Source of the DNA: Caecitellus pseudoparvulus
Taxonomy: Eukaryota > Protista > Bigyra: Bicosoecida
Reading direction: 5' to 3'
Length of the DNA: 41,986 bases
Assembly (NCBI GenBank): GCA_965644315.1
Contig: CBFFRQ010000184.1
Span: 1 to 41,986 of the forward strand
Shown: positions 7,479 through 17,200 of the stretch, piece after piece
Position numbering within the stretch: the stretch's first letter is position 1
Layout of the letters: every line of letters starts with the position of its first letter
The notes under the pieces: generated by a model
Databases searched by the model: none
What the model saw: only the letters and a program-made list of their open reading frames with translations
What the model was told of the DNA's origin: nothing
Translations under genes and position numbers: made by a program

Positions 7479-10400
7479 TGCCCTGCTTGTGTCCATGAGT
7501 GGCACTGGAGACAGCCCAAGGCTTGCCCAATGTCTGCGCGAGGCTGCTGCTACTGCGGATGACGCCACTTTTCACCTTCAGGGGGGAGGGAGCATCTCTG
7601 TGGCGTTTGTCAAGACCAAGCAGTTTGCTAGCGCGCGGGCCAAGGTTCGGGTTGTTGCACCGACCTCTGTGCTCAAGGCAGCTGAACGTGTGCATGACCA
7701 GGCCACCATGCTTGCACAAGCCACTGGCAACGTTGCATCAGTGGTGAACCTTGTCAAGACTTCCCTGGCTGCACAACGATCTCAGCCAAAGACCATGTAC
7801 AATGTCACCGGACATTCCGTCCCCTCTGAGGGAGACGCCCCTGTCGGTGAAAGTACAGTCAAGGAGGCCCAGCCTCACACCCAAGCACTGAAGGATGGCA
7901 GAAGGCAGAAGAAGGTGCGGCGAGGCCTGCGAAAAGGAAAGAAGGAACCCAAGCACCACCGCACCTTTGCCGACTTGTTCAAGAGCGAATCTGTTCCGTC
8001 TGAGGAAGGCACAGGTTCCCCCAAGCCGAACCTGCCTGCATGTACCACCCCACCTCGCACCAAGGCCGACGTGGCCCTTCCAACGTCTCGAGTCAGCAAG
8101 GGCACGGCCACACGGTGGGACCAGCTCTTCCCAAGCCCAAAGGCACCCCCCGCAACAACTGGACCTGAACCGAAAGCAGCTGCAGCTCCCGCCCAGCCCC
8201 CAACCAAAGTGGTTGAGCTTGCTGCGTGTCCTCGAGTGCCGGCATGCCTACCGAAACGGTCTATCAAGCACCACACAAAGCTGTGTGACCTCCTGTCCTC
8301 TGACCATGTGTACAGCAACACTGAGGACAGAAACTGTGTACAGGCCTGTCTTGAGACTGCCGCCGGTGAACCAATCTTGCAGCGAGATGACCTCGCTCTT
8401 CTTCACCACGCAGCAACCATCGCTGCAGCCCAACATGCGATGGGCAACATCAAGGCCTCTGCAGGCATGGCAGCCTCACGAACGCCTGACTCCGATGTCG
8501 TCCCCGTCACCAGAACTGGGAGTGGGGAGGTGGATGCGGCACCGGATGATCTGACGACCTTCCGCAGTCTCCTGGTGCGCTTTGCACCCGATGACTCCCT
8601 GCTGTCAGCTACATCCCCGCCTGTCCTCCTCCCCGGCTTACACCTACTCATGCAGCACATCAACAACGGTCACAAGGCGCTGAAGGGCGCAGACCTCCTA
8701 CCAAGCAGTCAGCTTGATGTCCGAGCTGTGATGGAGGACGAACGGCAGGAGGACTACTTCGAGGATGTTTACTTTGCCTTTGCTTTGACCATTCCATCCA
8801 AGGCGCATAGTGCCCACCTTCAGCTTCTCCTCATTGATCATGACCATGGTGTGCTTCACATGTGGAACCCAGACTTGCCAAGCTCTACCTCAGAACTTTC
8901 CCTACACAAGTGTCTGCTCCGGCTACATACTGAAGGGGTGACCACTGTGTACAGAGTAGCGGTCACTCCACTGTCAGGCCACACACGGTCCTTCCGCGAT
9001 CGACTGCGTGACGCGTTCAAGACCATCCGAGACGAGTACCCTCCCCTGCCGCTTGTGGTAGATGACAGCACTGCGTATGCGCGTACACTCATCGCAGGAA
9101 AGGCAACCCGGGTTGTCCTTCCAGAAGCACGACGTACACGACACAGTGCCTCCATGCTGGAGAAAGCCACGGCCAATGATCCACTCACGAAGTTCATCCC
9201 ACAGAGTTGGGACTCAATATCTGCTCGATGGGACCAAGGCCCACACACCCCTGTTGGTCGAAAGGGCTTGACCAAGTTGGCCTTCGTCTCCTGGAACGTC
9301 GCACGGTCCTGTGGAACCCACCTTCACCAGCTCATACACTGTGCACGAACCCCCCAAGCTCACACCGCCTTGCTTGCACTTTGTCTGACAGAACCCGGAG
9401 GGCATGGGACTCTTGACACTGAGGTGGTGGGACTCCAGTGCTTTAGACCCAACCCACCTGACAGACCACCAGGGAGAAGTGAGGTGGCCCTTCTTCTGGA
9501 CAAACGCCTTGGAGCCACACAACTACTCGACCTGGGACTTGACGGCCGCTGCATCGTTGCATGTTCAGTCCCAGCCAAGCCCAAACCACTTGCCATCATT
9601 GCTGCATACGTACCAAACTGGTACACGGCACAGCGCAAGAAGCCGCTGGCCGACCCGGACACGAAGCTCCCCCACAGACAGGAAGTCTGGGAACAACTGC
9701 ACGCGGCCGTAGAGTCCCTGCAACACACGCACATGATGGTGGTTATGGGGGATCTGAACTGTCACCCGGGTGACAGTGGTGTACAGTGCTGGGGGCAAGA
9801 GGCATGGGTCAATGAGACCGGCGTATCAGAGCCAAACGAAGATGTTCAAGAACTTGACAGGCTCTGCCAAGTGGCAGGTCTCTCACCCCCTGGCAGGGCA
9901 GGTGTGTCAACTCACGCGACTCACAAGAGAGCACTTGATCACATCCTTTTGTGCCCACTGCTGAAGACAACAATGACGAGTCCCCTGAAAGTCACGACGA
10001 AGTTCTCCAGTGCTGGAAGACAGCGGAAAGCAGACTTGATCTTCAGCGACCATTACTTGCTGTCCTCCACTGTGGTTGTCAAGCTTGTGAAAGAGACCAG
10101 GTCCTCTCACAGCCTGACCCGACCCCACTCTGTCCCGCCATGGTGGCCGGCCTCGACACCGTCAGGCCAAAGAGCGCAAGCGCTTCACCGGAACCTTCTC
10201 GACCAAGCCCAGGCTACCACACCCTTGCCCACAGCCGGCGCCGAAGAAGAGCAGGCATTGTCCCAGCTGGACCGGCTGGTCGCTGCATCGGCTGAGAAGG
10301 CACACGCCACCTGCAAAGGAACATCCCCTGAAGTACTGCAAGTCTTCACCGATGTATCGAAGTACAGCAAGCTGAAGAAGAAGATGACGGCGCGCGCGAA

Positions 10401-13400
10401 GAAGTTGCGGCGTGAGCTATGCCGCATTGACCGACGCCTTGTCTTGGTCCACAACACTGCAAGATCTTCAGATCCTGTCATGTCCTGTCTCCTCAAGGAC
10501 CAGAGAGGTATGATAGCGGAAGATCTTGCACACACTGTGCGGATGAGAAAGGAGTCAATGCGGCGCTGCACTCACCTACTCAAAAAGAAGCACAAGCACT
10601 CCGTCAGTCAGATCAAGCAGCGTATCAAGGAACTGGCACTCACTGATCCCTTCGCTGCCCATGTTCATGTCAGGCGTCTGTCTGGCCGACGAAAGAAGGC
10701 TGGGGTAACTTCCATTCAGTCTGTGTATGGGGGAGACGGAAAGCTGGTGTATGCAAGTGCGGCGGTAAAACAAGCTGTCCGTGAACAGATGGCAGCGATC
10801 ATCAGCCCAGATGTGACAGCTCTAACCCCTCTGCGGTTTGGGCTTGCAAGGCTGCTGCCCTCCATGCATGAAGAGTTTCGCCCCCCAGAAGTCTGGCTCC
10901 CCACGAAGCGAACGGTCATGTCAGCCATCGATGCTCTCAACTTGCACCGCAACCCTGGAACAGGTCAGTTTCAAGCTGAACACCTCAAGTACTCGAGCCC
11001 GGCCTTCAAAGAAAGGTACACCCAAGCCTTGCTAGACACGCTGGCTCACGGGTCCTGTCCTGCAAAGTACCACGAGGGTGTGGGCACTCTCATTCCCAAG
11101 AAGTCTAGCAGACCTGGACGCGTGGACACGTACAGGCTGATCGTCTGTCGGCCTCCACAAGCTAAACTGTACTTCTCCGTCGTCGCGGCCTGTGTGGAAG
11201 CATGGATGAAATCTTGGATCTCGCGAGAGCAAGCAGGGTTCAGCAAGTCACGCAACACACACGAGCAAATCATTGCTCTTCAAGAGGCTGCAAACGGATA
11301 CCTCAGACGCTCACCAGACAAGCACGTCCTCGTCATGTTCATCGACTTTAAGGCAGCGTTCGACTCGGTCAGCCATGCTGCGATCCTTGAGATCCTTGAA
11401 GCTGCCCGGCTGCCTGATCCCCTGCTCAAGGCCGTGTCAGAGTACATGTCACGGGCCAGTGTCTCCATCCACACGGCCCACGGACTGTGCGATCCCCTCC
11501 TTGTCACAAGCGGCGTCCCTCAGGGTGGCGCCCTGTCACCCTTACTCTTCAAAGTCGCCATCGATGTTCTGTCCCAGCGCCTCCAAGAGCTCCCTGGACA
11601 GGGATACGCCGGAGCTGGGGTGCCTACATCTGCAGGCCGCCTCACTCACACTCTGTATGCCGACGATCTTGCTTGCTTGGCCACGTCTCCATCTGCGATG
11701 CAAAGAATGTTTCATGAAGTGCGGGCTGTGGGAGCACGTGTTGGCTTGAAGATCAACCCAAGGAAGTCAGGCATTATGGTGATTACCAACGCAGCACCAG
11801 TCAATGGAGTCTGTGCGAACGAGAGGCGCAAGGCAATTTGGCGATCCAGGTGGCTCAAGTCTGGAAAAACACTCACCGTCGGTGGTGTTCCCATCGAGCG
11901 GACACGCAGCTATGTCTTCCTTGGTGCCCCTCTATGCGAAGATGTCCGCAAGACACGGGCCTCTGCTCTCAAGCAGGCCAGTCTTTCCTGCACGCAAGCA
12001 GGGTTTGCCTGCAGTGCTCTGCTCACTGGCGAGTGGGTGGGCGTTGACCTCAAGCAGCGAATTGGTAGTGCCTCCATCACGGCAGCGGCGGACTACATAC
12101 TGGCTACTCAGGTCCGCAACTCTGTCCTTCCCCTGCGCGAAGTAGACCGGGGCCTCGCTACTGCTCTGAGCAAGACCCAGATCGGCATGCAGAGTTCCCT
12201 GGCAAGGATGCATAACTATGCAAAACTTGCCGTGTGCGGCTTCCTACCTGCACACATACGCGCCACCAAGCTGCGCTCGAACATCTTCCGCAAGCTCATC
12301 TCCGATCTCCATGCCGGGACTCCAGTAGCGAGAGTCATGCTGCAGACCCTGCCGGTCGCCCTCGACATGCTCCCCTCCCCAGTCACGATGGAGTTCCTCG
12401 TCGGCCTGAACGGAGACCTGGATCGCGCACGGTCGGGCATCCCGCCCCCCTTCGCCCTTCATGGCCTGCTTGACTTGTGGCTGCACGGCTGCCTGCCAAG
12501 CCGCAGTGCCCTTGAGCAGTTGGTTCAGGGAGACGGGGATGCGGACACCTCATCCGACGACAGCGTGGCGGATACGCTAGATCTGGATCCCACACCACCC
12601 AAGATCAAGTACCTTGGGCTGGCTGCGTCCTCCTCCTCCAGCCTGATGATGCCCCCGGACTTCCCTGCCAAGATGTCGTGGCGCGCCCGACAGCACGTTG
12701 TGTGCTCCTTCTTGCACATCGCCCAGTCGTCCAAGTGCCCCGCTCTCGGGTACTCCCCCTCTGGTGATCTGCACCGTGTGCGTCGCCCGCGGCCGTACCA
12801 TGTGGGTGTGGGGGCTCGATTCTTCTGCTGGCTCCACCCCATCCCGTCAGCCCCAAGCCCATTGCTGTGGGTGTGCGAGGACAACCGTCCACAGGTTGTG
12901 AAGGTCCATCTCTGGCAAACCCTTCAGCTTTTCCATGGCGAAGACACCCCGACACTCTTTGAGGAGTGTCCACTCTGCGGGAGTGTCTCCTGGGCCACGC
13001 TGCACGAGCACGTCTTGCTCTCGTGCCGCCACCCAGCCTTAGACGAGGCCAGACAGGATGCCTTGGCAGCCATGCTGGCCACCGCGGCCCAGTCCAACAG
13101 CGTGGCCCAAGGTGGGCACCCCTCCGCTCTTTTGACCATCCCTGCTCCCCTGACTCGCGCCCTCCAGTCGGCGAAGTCCCGGAGTGCCCTCCCTCGATCG
13201 TCCTCCAAGCTCCTCCTCCGCCTGCTCTTGTGTGGCCAATGGCCCTTCCGCATCGATGAGGATCCTGCGCAGCAACTGTGGAGTCCTGAAGGGGCGGCTG
13301 TCATGAGCCACCCCCACCTCCGCCTTCGCTCCACTCGTGGTCCAGTCAAGCCCCCAGCCTTCTGGAAGAAGCTGCTCCAGGCTGGGGCTGGCTTTGCTTC

Positions 13401-13752
13401 ATCTGCGTGGGACATTGTGCTGCAGCGCATGCTTAGACTTACCTCGCCAGAGCACGTGCATGTCCAGCGGCACGCAAGGTACCTCTGGTGGGCAGCTCAT
13501 GGCCGTGCCTGTCCTTTTCCTGGCCACACGAAGCCGGTGTCCAGTGCTGTGAACAGGCAGACTCGAGATGTGCGCACGCGGAGGACACAGCGTACGTACT
13601 TCCCTGACCGCTCACAGCGCGGGCCACCCCGGTCCTTCTCCCAGCAGTCCACCTTGTTTGATCACGGCTTGGTCCAAGAAAGACAGTCCATACCCATGAG
13701 AGATGGTCCTGAGAGTGGAGGGGGGGCAGCAGAGGGGGCGGGCGAGCAGTAG
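7477..13752 (+). CDS. Single-ORF polyprotein: putative cysteine protease + apurinic-like endonuclease + reverse transcriptase + CCHC zinc knuckle (first ATG 7495; N-terminus truncated)
   Basis: APE motifs FVSWNVA, LCLTE, AAYVPN, MGDLN, LDHIL, FSDH (~9285-10055). RT motifs EQAGF, FIDFKAAFDSVSH, GVPQGGALSPLLF, LYADDL (11656), GLKINPRKS, YVFLG. Zinc knuckle CPLCG-x8-EHVLLSC (12967-13026). Confidence 0.95.
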   Translation, partial: PALLVSMSGTGDSPRLAQCLREAAATADDATFHLQGGGSISVAFVKTKQFASARAKVRVVAPTSVLKAAERVHDQATMLAQATGNVASVVNLVKTSLAAQRSQPKTMYNVTGHSVPSEGDAPVGESTVKEAQPHTQALKDGRRQKKVRRGLRKGKKEPKHHRTFADLFKSESVPSEEGTGSPKPNLPACTTPPRTKADVALPTSRVSKGTATRWDQLFPSPKAPPATTGPEPKAAAAPAQPPTKVVELAACPRVPACLPKRSIKHHTKLCDLLSSDHVYSNTEDRNCVQACLETAAGEPILQRDDLALLHHAATIAAAQHAMGNIKASAGMAASRTPDSDVVPVTRTGSGEVDAAPDDLTTFRSLLVRFAPDDSLLSATSPPVLLPGLHLLMQHINNGHKALKGADLLPSSQLDVRAVMEDERQEDYFEDVYFAFALTIPSKAHSAHLQLLLIDHDHGVLHMWNPDLPSSTSELSLHKCLLRLHTEGVTTVYRVAVTPLSGHTRSFRDRLRDAFKTIRDEYPPLPLVVDDSTAYARTLIAGKATRVVLPEARRTRHSASMLEKATANDPLTKFIPQSWDSISARWDQGPHTPVGRKGLTKLAFVSWNVARSCGTHLHQLIHCARTPQAHTALLALCLTEPGGHGTLDTEVVGLQCFRPNPPDRPPGRSEVALLLDKRLGATQLLDLGLDGRCIVACSVPAKPKPLAIIAAYVPNWYTAQRKKPLADPDTKLPHRQEVWEQLHAAVESLQHTHMMVVMGDLNCHPGDSGVQCWGQEAWVNETGVSEPNEDVQELDRLCQVAGLSPPGRAGVSTHATHKRALDHILLCPLLKTTMTSPLKVTTKFSSAGRQRKADLIFSDHYLLSSTVVVKLVKETRSSHSLTRPHSVPPWWPASTPSGQRAQALHRNLLDQAQATTPLPTAGAEEEQALSQLDRLVAASAEKAHATCKGTSPEVLQVFTDVSKYSKLKKKMTARAKKLRRELCRIDRRLVLVHNTARSSDPVMSCLLKDQRGMIAEDLAHTVRMRKESMRRCTHLLKKKHKHSVSQIKQRIKELALTDPFAAHVHVRRLSGRRKKAGVTSIQSVYGGDGKLVYASAAVKQAVREQMAAIISPDVTALTPLRFGLARLLPSMHEEFRPPEVWLPTKRTVMSAIDALNLHRNPGTGQFQAEHLKYSSPAFKERYTQALLDTLAHGSCPAKYHEGVGTLIPKKSSRPGRVDTYRLIVCRPPQAKLYFSVVAACVEAWMKSWISREQAGFSKSRNTHEQIIALQEAANGYLRRSPDKHVLVMFIDFKAAFDSVSHAAILEILEAARLPDPLLKAVSEYMSRASVSIHTAHGLCDPLLVTSGVPQGGALSPLLFKVAIDVLSQRLQELPGQGYAGAGVPTSAGRLTHTLYADDLACLATSPSAMQRMFHEVRAVGARVGLKINPRKSGIMVITNAAPVNGVCANERRKAIWRSRWLKSGKTLTVGGVPIERTRSYVFLGAPLCEDVRKTRASALKQASLSCTQAGFACSALLTGEWVGVDLKQRIGSASITAAADYILATQVRNSVLPLREVDRGLATALSKTQIGMQSSLARMHNYAKLAVCGFLPAHIRATKLRSNIFRKLISDLHAGTPVARVMLQTLPVALDMLPSPVTMEFLVGLNGDLDRARSGIPPPFALHGLLDLWLHGCLPSRSALEQLVQGDGDADTSSDDSVADTLDLDPTPPKIKYLGLAASSSSSLMMPPDFPAKMSWRARQHVVCSFLHIAQSSKCPALGYSPSGDLHRVRRPRPYHVGVGARFFCWLHPIPSAPSPLLWVCEDNRPQVVKVHLWQTLQLFHGEDTPTLFEECPLCGSVSWATLHEHVLLSCRHPALDEARQDALAAMLATAAQSNSVAQGGHPSALLTIPAPLTRALQSAKSRSALPRSSSKLLLRLLLCGQWPFRIDEDPAQQLWSPEGAAVMSHPHLRLRSTRGPVKPPAFWKKLLQAGAGFASSAWDIVLQRMLRLTSPEHVHVQRHARYLWWAAHGRACPFPGHTKPVSSAVNRQTRDVRTRRTQRTYFPDRSQRGPPRSFSQQSTLFDHGLVQERQSIPMRDGPESGGGAAEGAGEQ

Positions 13753-14349
13753 CAGGCTTACGTATGGCGTGGTGACAACCACGGTCACCATCCTGCGAAG
13801 CAGCGCCTCTGCTGAAGCTCCCCCCGATGATTGACGAATAGCTCTGCGAAAGGAGGAGGAATTGCTGAATGAGCGGTCCATGGGCACTTACCTGACGATG
13901 ATGGAGCCTCCTGAAGTCCTCGAAGAAGCCCTGCGGCAACGCGGGTGGAACAAGCCGTGCTTGACGTACGGACGTTCCACGCGCGGCGCCGCAGGCATGG
14001 ACTCACCGGCTCCGGACTCAGCATCCAAGTGCAAGAGAAGTTGGACCTTGATATGAAGAAAGTATCCTGTGGAAGGGAAGGGGTGCTGCGGCGCGCGCTC
14101 GTGCGCCAGGCGGTCCCTCCGCCGCCGTGGCGTTTCGAGCGAAACGCCACGACCGCACCTCGCCCTCCCAACAGCCTGCAGTTGCCCCACAAGGGTCTCT
14201 CGCGGCAGCAGGCACGTTTAAGGCAACAAGCATGAAGAATGGTGCAGAGAAGTGAATTGGATTATGATGTGAAGTGCTGATTGGTGAGCGCGCCACCTTG
14301 ATGGACTCTCTGTGGTGTGGTTCAAGCTGGCCAAGGACGGGACTTTCTC

Positions 14350-14555
14350 CCCACGGGGCGGGCGTAGGACACGCCCTAGCAAGCGGCGACCTCTACAACG
14401 GTCGCAAGACTGTGTTGGTTGCAGATCCACGCAAGTGGAAGCCGCTGCGGCGCTTCTGCAGTGCATTCGTGCACGGCAGCGAGCGCCGCATGTGACGCCC
14501 AAGCCGAACCGCGCAAGTTGCAAGCGTGGAGGTGAAGTGCAATGCATTGAACAGC
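14350..14555 (+). ncRNA. Conserved structured 3'-terminal RNA element, family B version (also ~16768-16972)
   Basis: GGGCGT/ACGCCC, AGCGGC/GCCGCT, ACGGTC-GCAA-GACTGT, TCCAC-GCAA-GTGGA, GCGGCGCT/AGCGCCGC, GTGCA-TTCG-TGCAC, CCGCGC/GCGTGG. Confidence 0.75.
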
Positions 14556-14573
14556 TAACCCTAACCCTAACCC
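14556..14573. repeat. (TAACCC)3 spacer between B1 and B2
   Basis: Direct reading. Confidence 0.93.
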
Positions 14574-16171
14574 TTGCCATTGCACTGAGCAAGACGCAGA
14601 TCGGCATGCAAAGTTCCCTGGCAAGGATGCACAACTATGCAAAACTCGCCGTATGTGGCTTCCTTCCTGCACACATACGCGCAACCAAGCTGCGCTCGAA
14701 CATCTTCCGCAAGCTCATCTCCGATCTTCACGCCGGGACACCAGTAGCGAGGGTCATGCTGCAGACCCTGCCGGTCGCACTCGACATGCTCCCCTCCCCA
14801 GTCACCATGGAGTTCCTTGTCAACTTGAACGGAGACCTGGACCGCGCTCGATCAGGAATCCCCCCTCCCTTCGCTCTTCACGGCCTGCTGGACTTGTGGT
14901 TGCACGGCTGCCTGCCCAGCCGCAGTGCCCTTGATGGGCTCATCCAAGGGGGTGGAAGCTCAGGTGCTGCTTCCCAAGACAGCGAGACTGACACACAGGA
15001 CCTGGACCCCACGCCTCCCAAGATCAAGTACCTTGGTCTGGCTGCCTCCTCCTCCTCAAGCATGCTGTCGCCTCCTGCCTTCCCTGCCAAGATGTCGTGG
15101 CGTGCGCGGCAGCACGTTGTGTGCTCCTTCTTGCACATCGCCCAGTCATCTGAATGCCCTGCCCTCGGATACTCCCCCACCGGTGACTTACACCGCGTGC
15201 GCCGTCCACGTCCGTACCATGTAGGCGTGGGGGCCCGGTTCTTCTGCTGGCTCCACCCCATCCCGTCAGCCCCAAGTCCACTACTGTGGGTCTGCGATAA
15301 TGACCGGCCACAAGTTGTGAAAGTCCATCTTTGGCAAACTCTTCAGTTCATCCACGGCGAAGACACCCCGACGCTCTTTGAAGCGTGCCCACTCTGCGGG
15401 AGTGTCTCGTGGGCCACTCTGCACGAGCACGTCCTGCTCTGGTGCAGCCACCCAGCTCTGGACCAAGCCAGGCAAGACGCCTTTACCACCATGCTGTCCA
15501 TCGCAACCCAGTCCAACAGTTACGTACATGGCGACCGCCCCCCTGCTCATCTGTCCATCCCTGCCCCCCTGACCCGTGTCCTTCAGTTGGCGAAGGCTCG
15601 GTCTGCCTCCCCTCGGTCGTCCTCCAAACTCCTCCTCCGCTTGCTCCTGTGTGGCCAGTGGCCCTCCCGCATTGACGAGGACCCGGAGCAGCAGCTGTGG
15701 GGTCCCGAAGGGGCGGCGGTCATGAGCCACCCCCATCTCCTCCTTCGTTCCGCTCGTGGTCCAGTCAAGCCCCCTGTCCTCTGGAAGAAGTTGCTTCAGG
15801 CAGGCGCTGCCTTCGCTTCATCTGCGTGGGACATCATGCTGCAGCGCATGCTTCGACTTACCTCGCCAGAGCATGTGCACATCCAGCGGCACGCAAGGTA
15901 CCTCTGGTGGGCAGCTCACGGCCGTGCCTGTCCCTTTCCTGGCCATACAGTTCCTGTGTCAAGTGCTGTGAACAGGCAGACTCAGGATGTACGCACGCGA
16001 AGGACGCAGCGCACTTACTTCCCTGATCGCTCACAGCGCGGGCCACCCCGATCCTTCTCCCAGCAGTCCACCTTGTTTGACCACGGCTTGGTCCGAGGGA
16101 GACAGTCAGTCTCCATGGGAGAAGGCTCTGAGGGCGAAGAAGAGGCACTGGAGGGCGCGGGCGAGCAATAG
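14573..16171 (+). pseudogene. C-terminal fragment of family B polyprotein (frame still open; CCHC knuckle retained)
   Basis: ALSKTQIGMQSSLARMHNYAK...GAGEQ* matches the B1 C-terminus. Many differences are synonymous. Confidence 0.85.
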
Positions 16172-16972
16172 CAGGCTTACATGTGGCGTGGTGACAACCA
16201 CGGTCACTCTTCTGCGAAGCAGTGCGCCTGCTGAAGCCCCCCCGATGATCGTCGAATAGCTCTGCCAAAGGAGGAGGAATTGCTGAAGCATGGGTTCGCG
16301 GGCACTTACCTGACGATGATGGAGCCTCTTGATGTCCTTGAAGCAGCCCTGCGGTAACGCGGGTGGAACAAGCCGTGCTTGACGTACGGACGGACCACGC
16401 GCGGGGCGGCAGGCTCGGACTCACCGGCTCCGGACTCAGCATCCAAGTGCGACAGATGATGAACCTATATATGAGGGAAGTAACCTGCGAAGGGGATGTG
16501 GTGCTGCGGCGCGCGCTTGTGCGCCAGGCGGTCCCTCCGCCGCCGCGGCGTTTCGACCGAAACGCCACAGCAGCACCCCTCCCTCACAACGGCCTGCAGT
16601 TGCCCCGCAAGGGTTCACCGCGGCAGCAGGCACGTTGAAGCGAGCAAGCATGAGGTACAGCACAGAGAAATGATTTGGATTATGATGTGAAGTGCTGATT
16701 GATGAGCGCGCCACCCGGATGGACTCTCTATGGTGTGGTTCAAGCTGGCCAAGGACTGGACCTTCTCCCCACGGGGCGGGCGTAGAACACGCCCTAGCAA
16801 GCGGTGACCTCTACAACGGTCGCAAGACTGTGTTGGTTGCAGATCCACGCAAGTGGAAGCCGCTGCGGCGCTTCTGCGGTGCATTCGTGCACGGCAGCGA
16901 GCGCCGCATGTGACGCCCAAGCCGAACCGCGCAAGTTGCAAGCGTGGAGGTGAAGTGCAATGCATTGAGATC
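14573..16972 (+). mobile_element. Family B, diverged 5'-truncated copy B2 (post-RT region and 3' UTR only)
   Basis: Colinear with B1 from ~12154 to 14555. Ends GCATTGAGATC|TAACC. Confidence 0.92.
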
Positions 16973-17007
16973 TAACCTAACCTAACCCTAACCCTAACCC
17001 TACCCCC
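16973..17007. repeat. Proximal degenerate telomeric tract TAACC TAACC (TAACCC)3 TACCCCC; boundary of the retroelement array
   Basis: Direct reading. Confidence 0.9.
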
Positions 17008-17200
17008 AGACTATAAACTTATTCTCGACGCACCGCACCTTCACTGCAGCGGCGAACTCACCCGGCAGCAGAGGCATCAGAAAACCTGCACAGCCTTCAC
17101 ACCTCACGTCAAACAGTGCCTCCAAGACATCAATGCGCTTTTCTTGGCAAGCTTTTTCCCACCTTGCCGCAGCTTCAGTAGAATCTCCTGCCCCAGCCAT
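17000..17200 (-). pseudogene. Possible 5' stub of a host gene running into the telomeric tract
   Basis: MAGAGDSTEAAARWEKACQEKRIDVLEALF..., with the stop supplied by the telomeric tract. Faint resemblance to EEWKAACKGRKTETL in the ankyrin gene N-terminus. Confidence 0.25.

Larger units (their letters stand above)
7477..14555 (+). mobile_element. Family B autonomous-type telomeric non-LTR retrotransposon, copy B1 (slightly 5'-truncated)
   Basis: Long APE-RT-Zn knuckle ORF and ~800-nt 3' UTR ending GCATTGAACAGC|TAACCC. Its 5' end begins mid-alignment with the A ORF (PALLVSMSGTGDSP vs PTILVTLGSEGDSP), so ~97 codons and the 5' UTR are missing. Confidence 0.92.

Noticed and set aside
13027-13752. 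Restriction-like endonuclease after the zinc knuckle (Dualen-type)
   Set aside because: No RHD/PD..(D/E)xK pattern visible.
13885-13930. CTGACGA as a hammerhead ribozyme core
   Set aside because: No stem II followed by GAAA and no flanking stems could be built.
13888-14235. Sense (13945-14235) or antisense (13888-14190) ORF in the B 3' UTR
   Set aside because: B1/B2 differences fall on all codon positions, and the antisense frame has stops in B2.
14274-14495. Small ORF with GDLYNG..VLVA.P apparently conserved in A (GDLYNGHESVLVAKP) and B
   Set aside because: In A this frame has an upstream stop, no start and a 1-nt indel relative to B. The substitutions are better explained as compensatory base-pair changes in the RNA structure.
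14312-14572. N-terminal part of the 619-aa ORF
   Set aside because: Chance read-through of B1 3' UTR and (TAACCC)3 into the truncated B2 frame; no ATG start.
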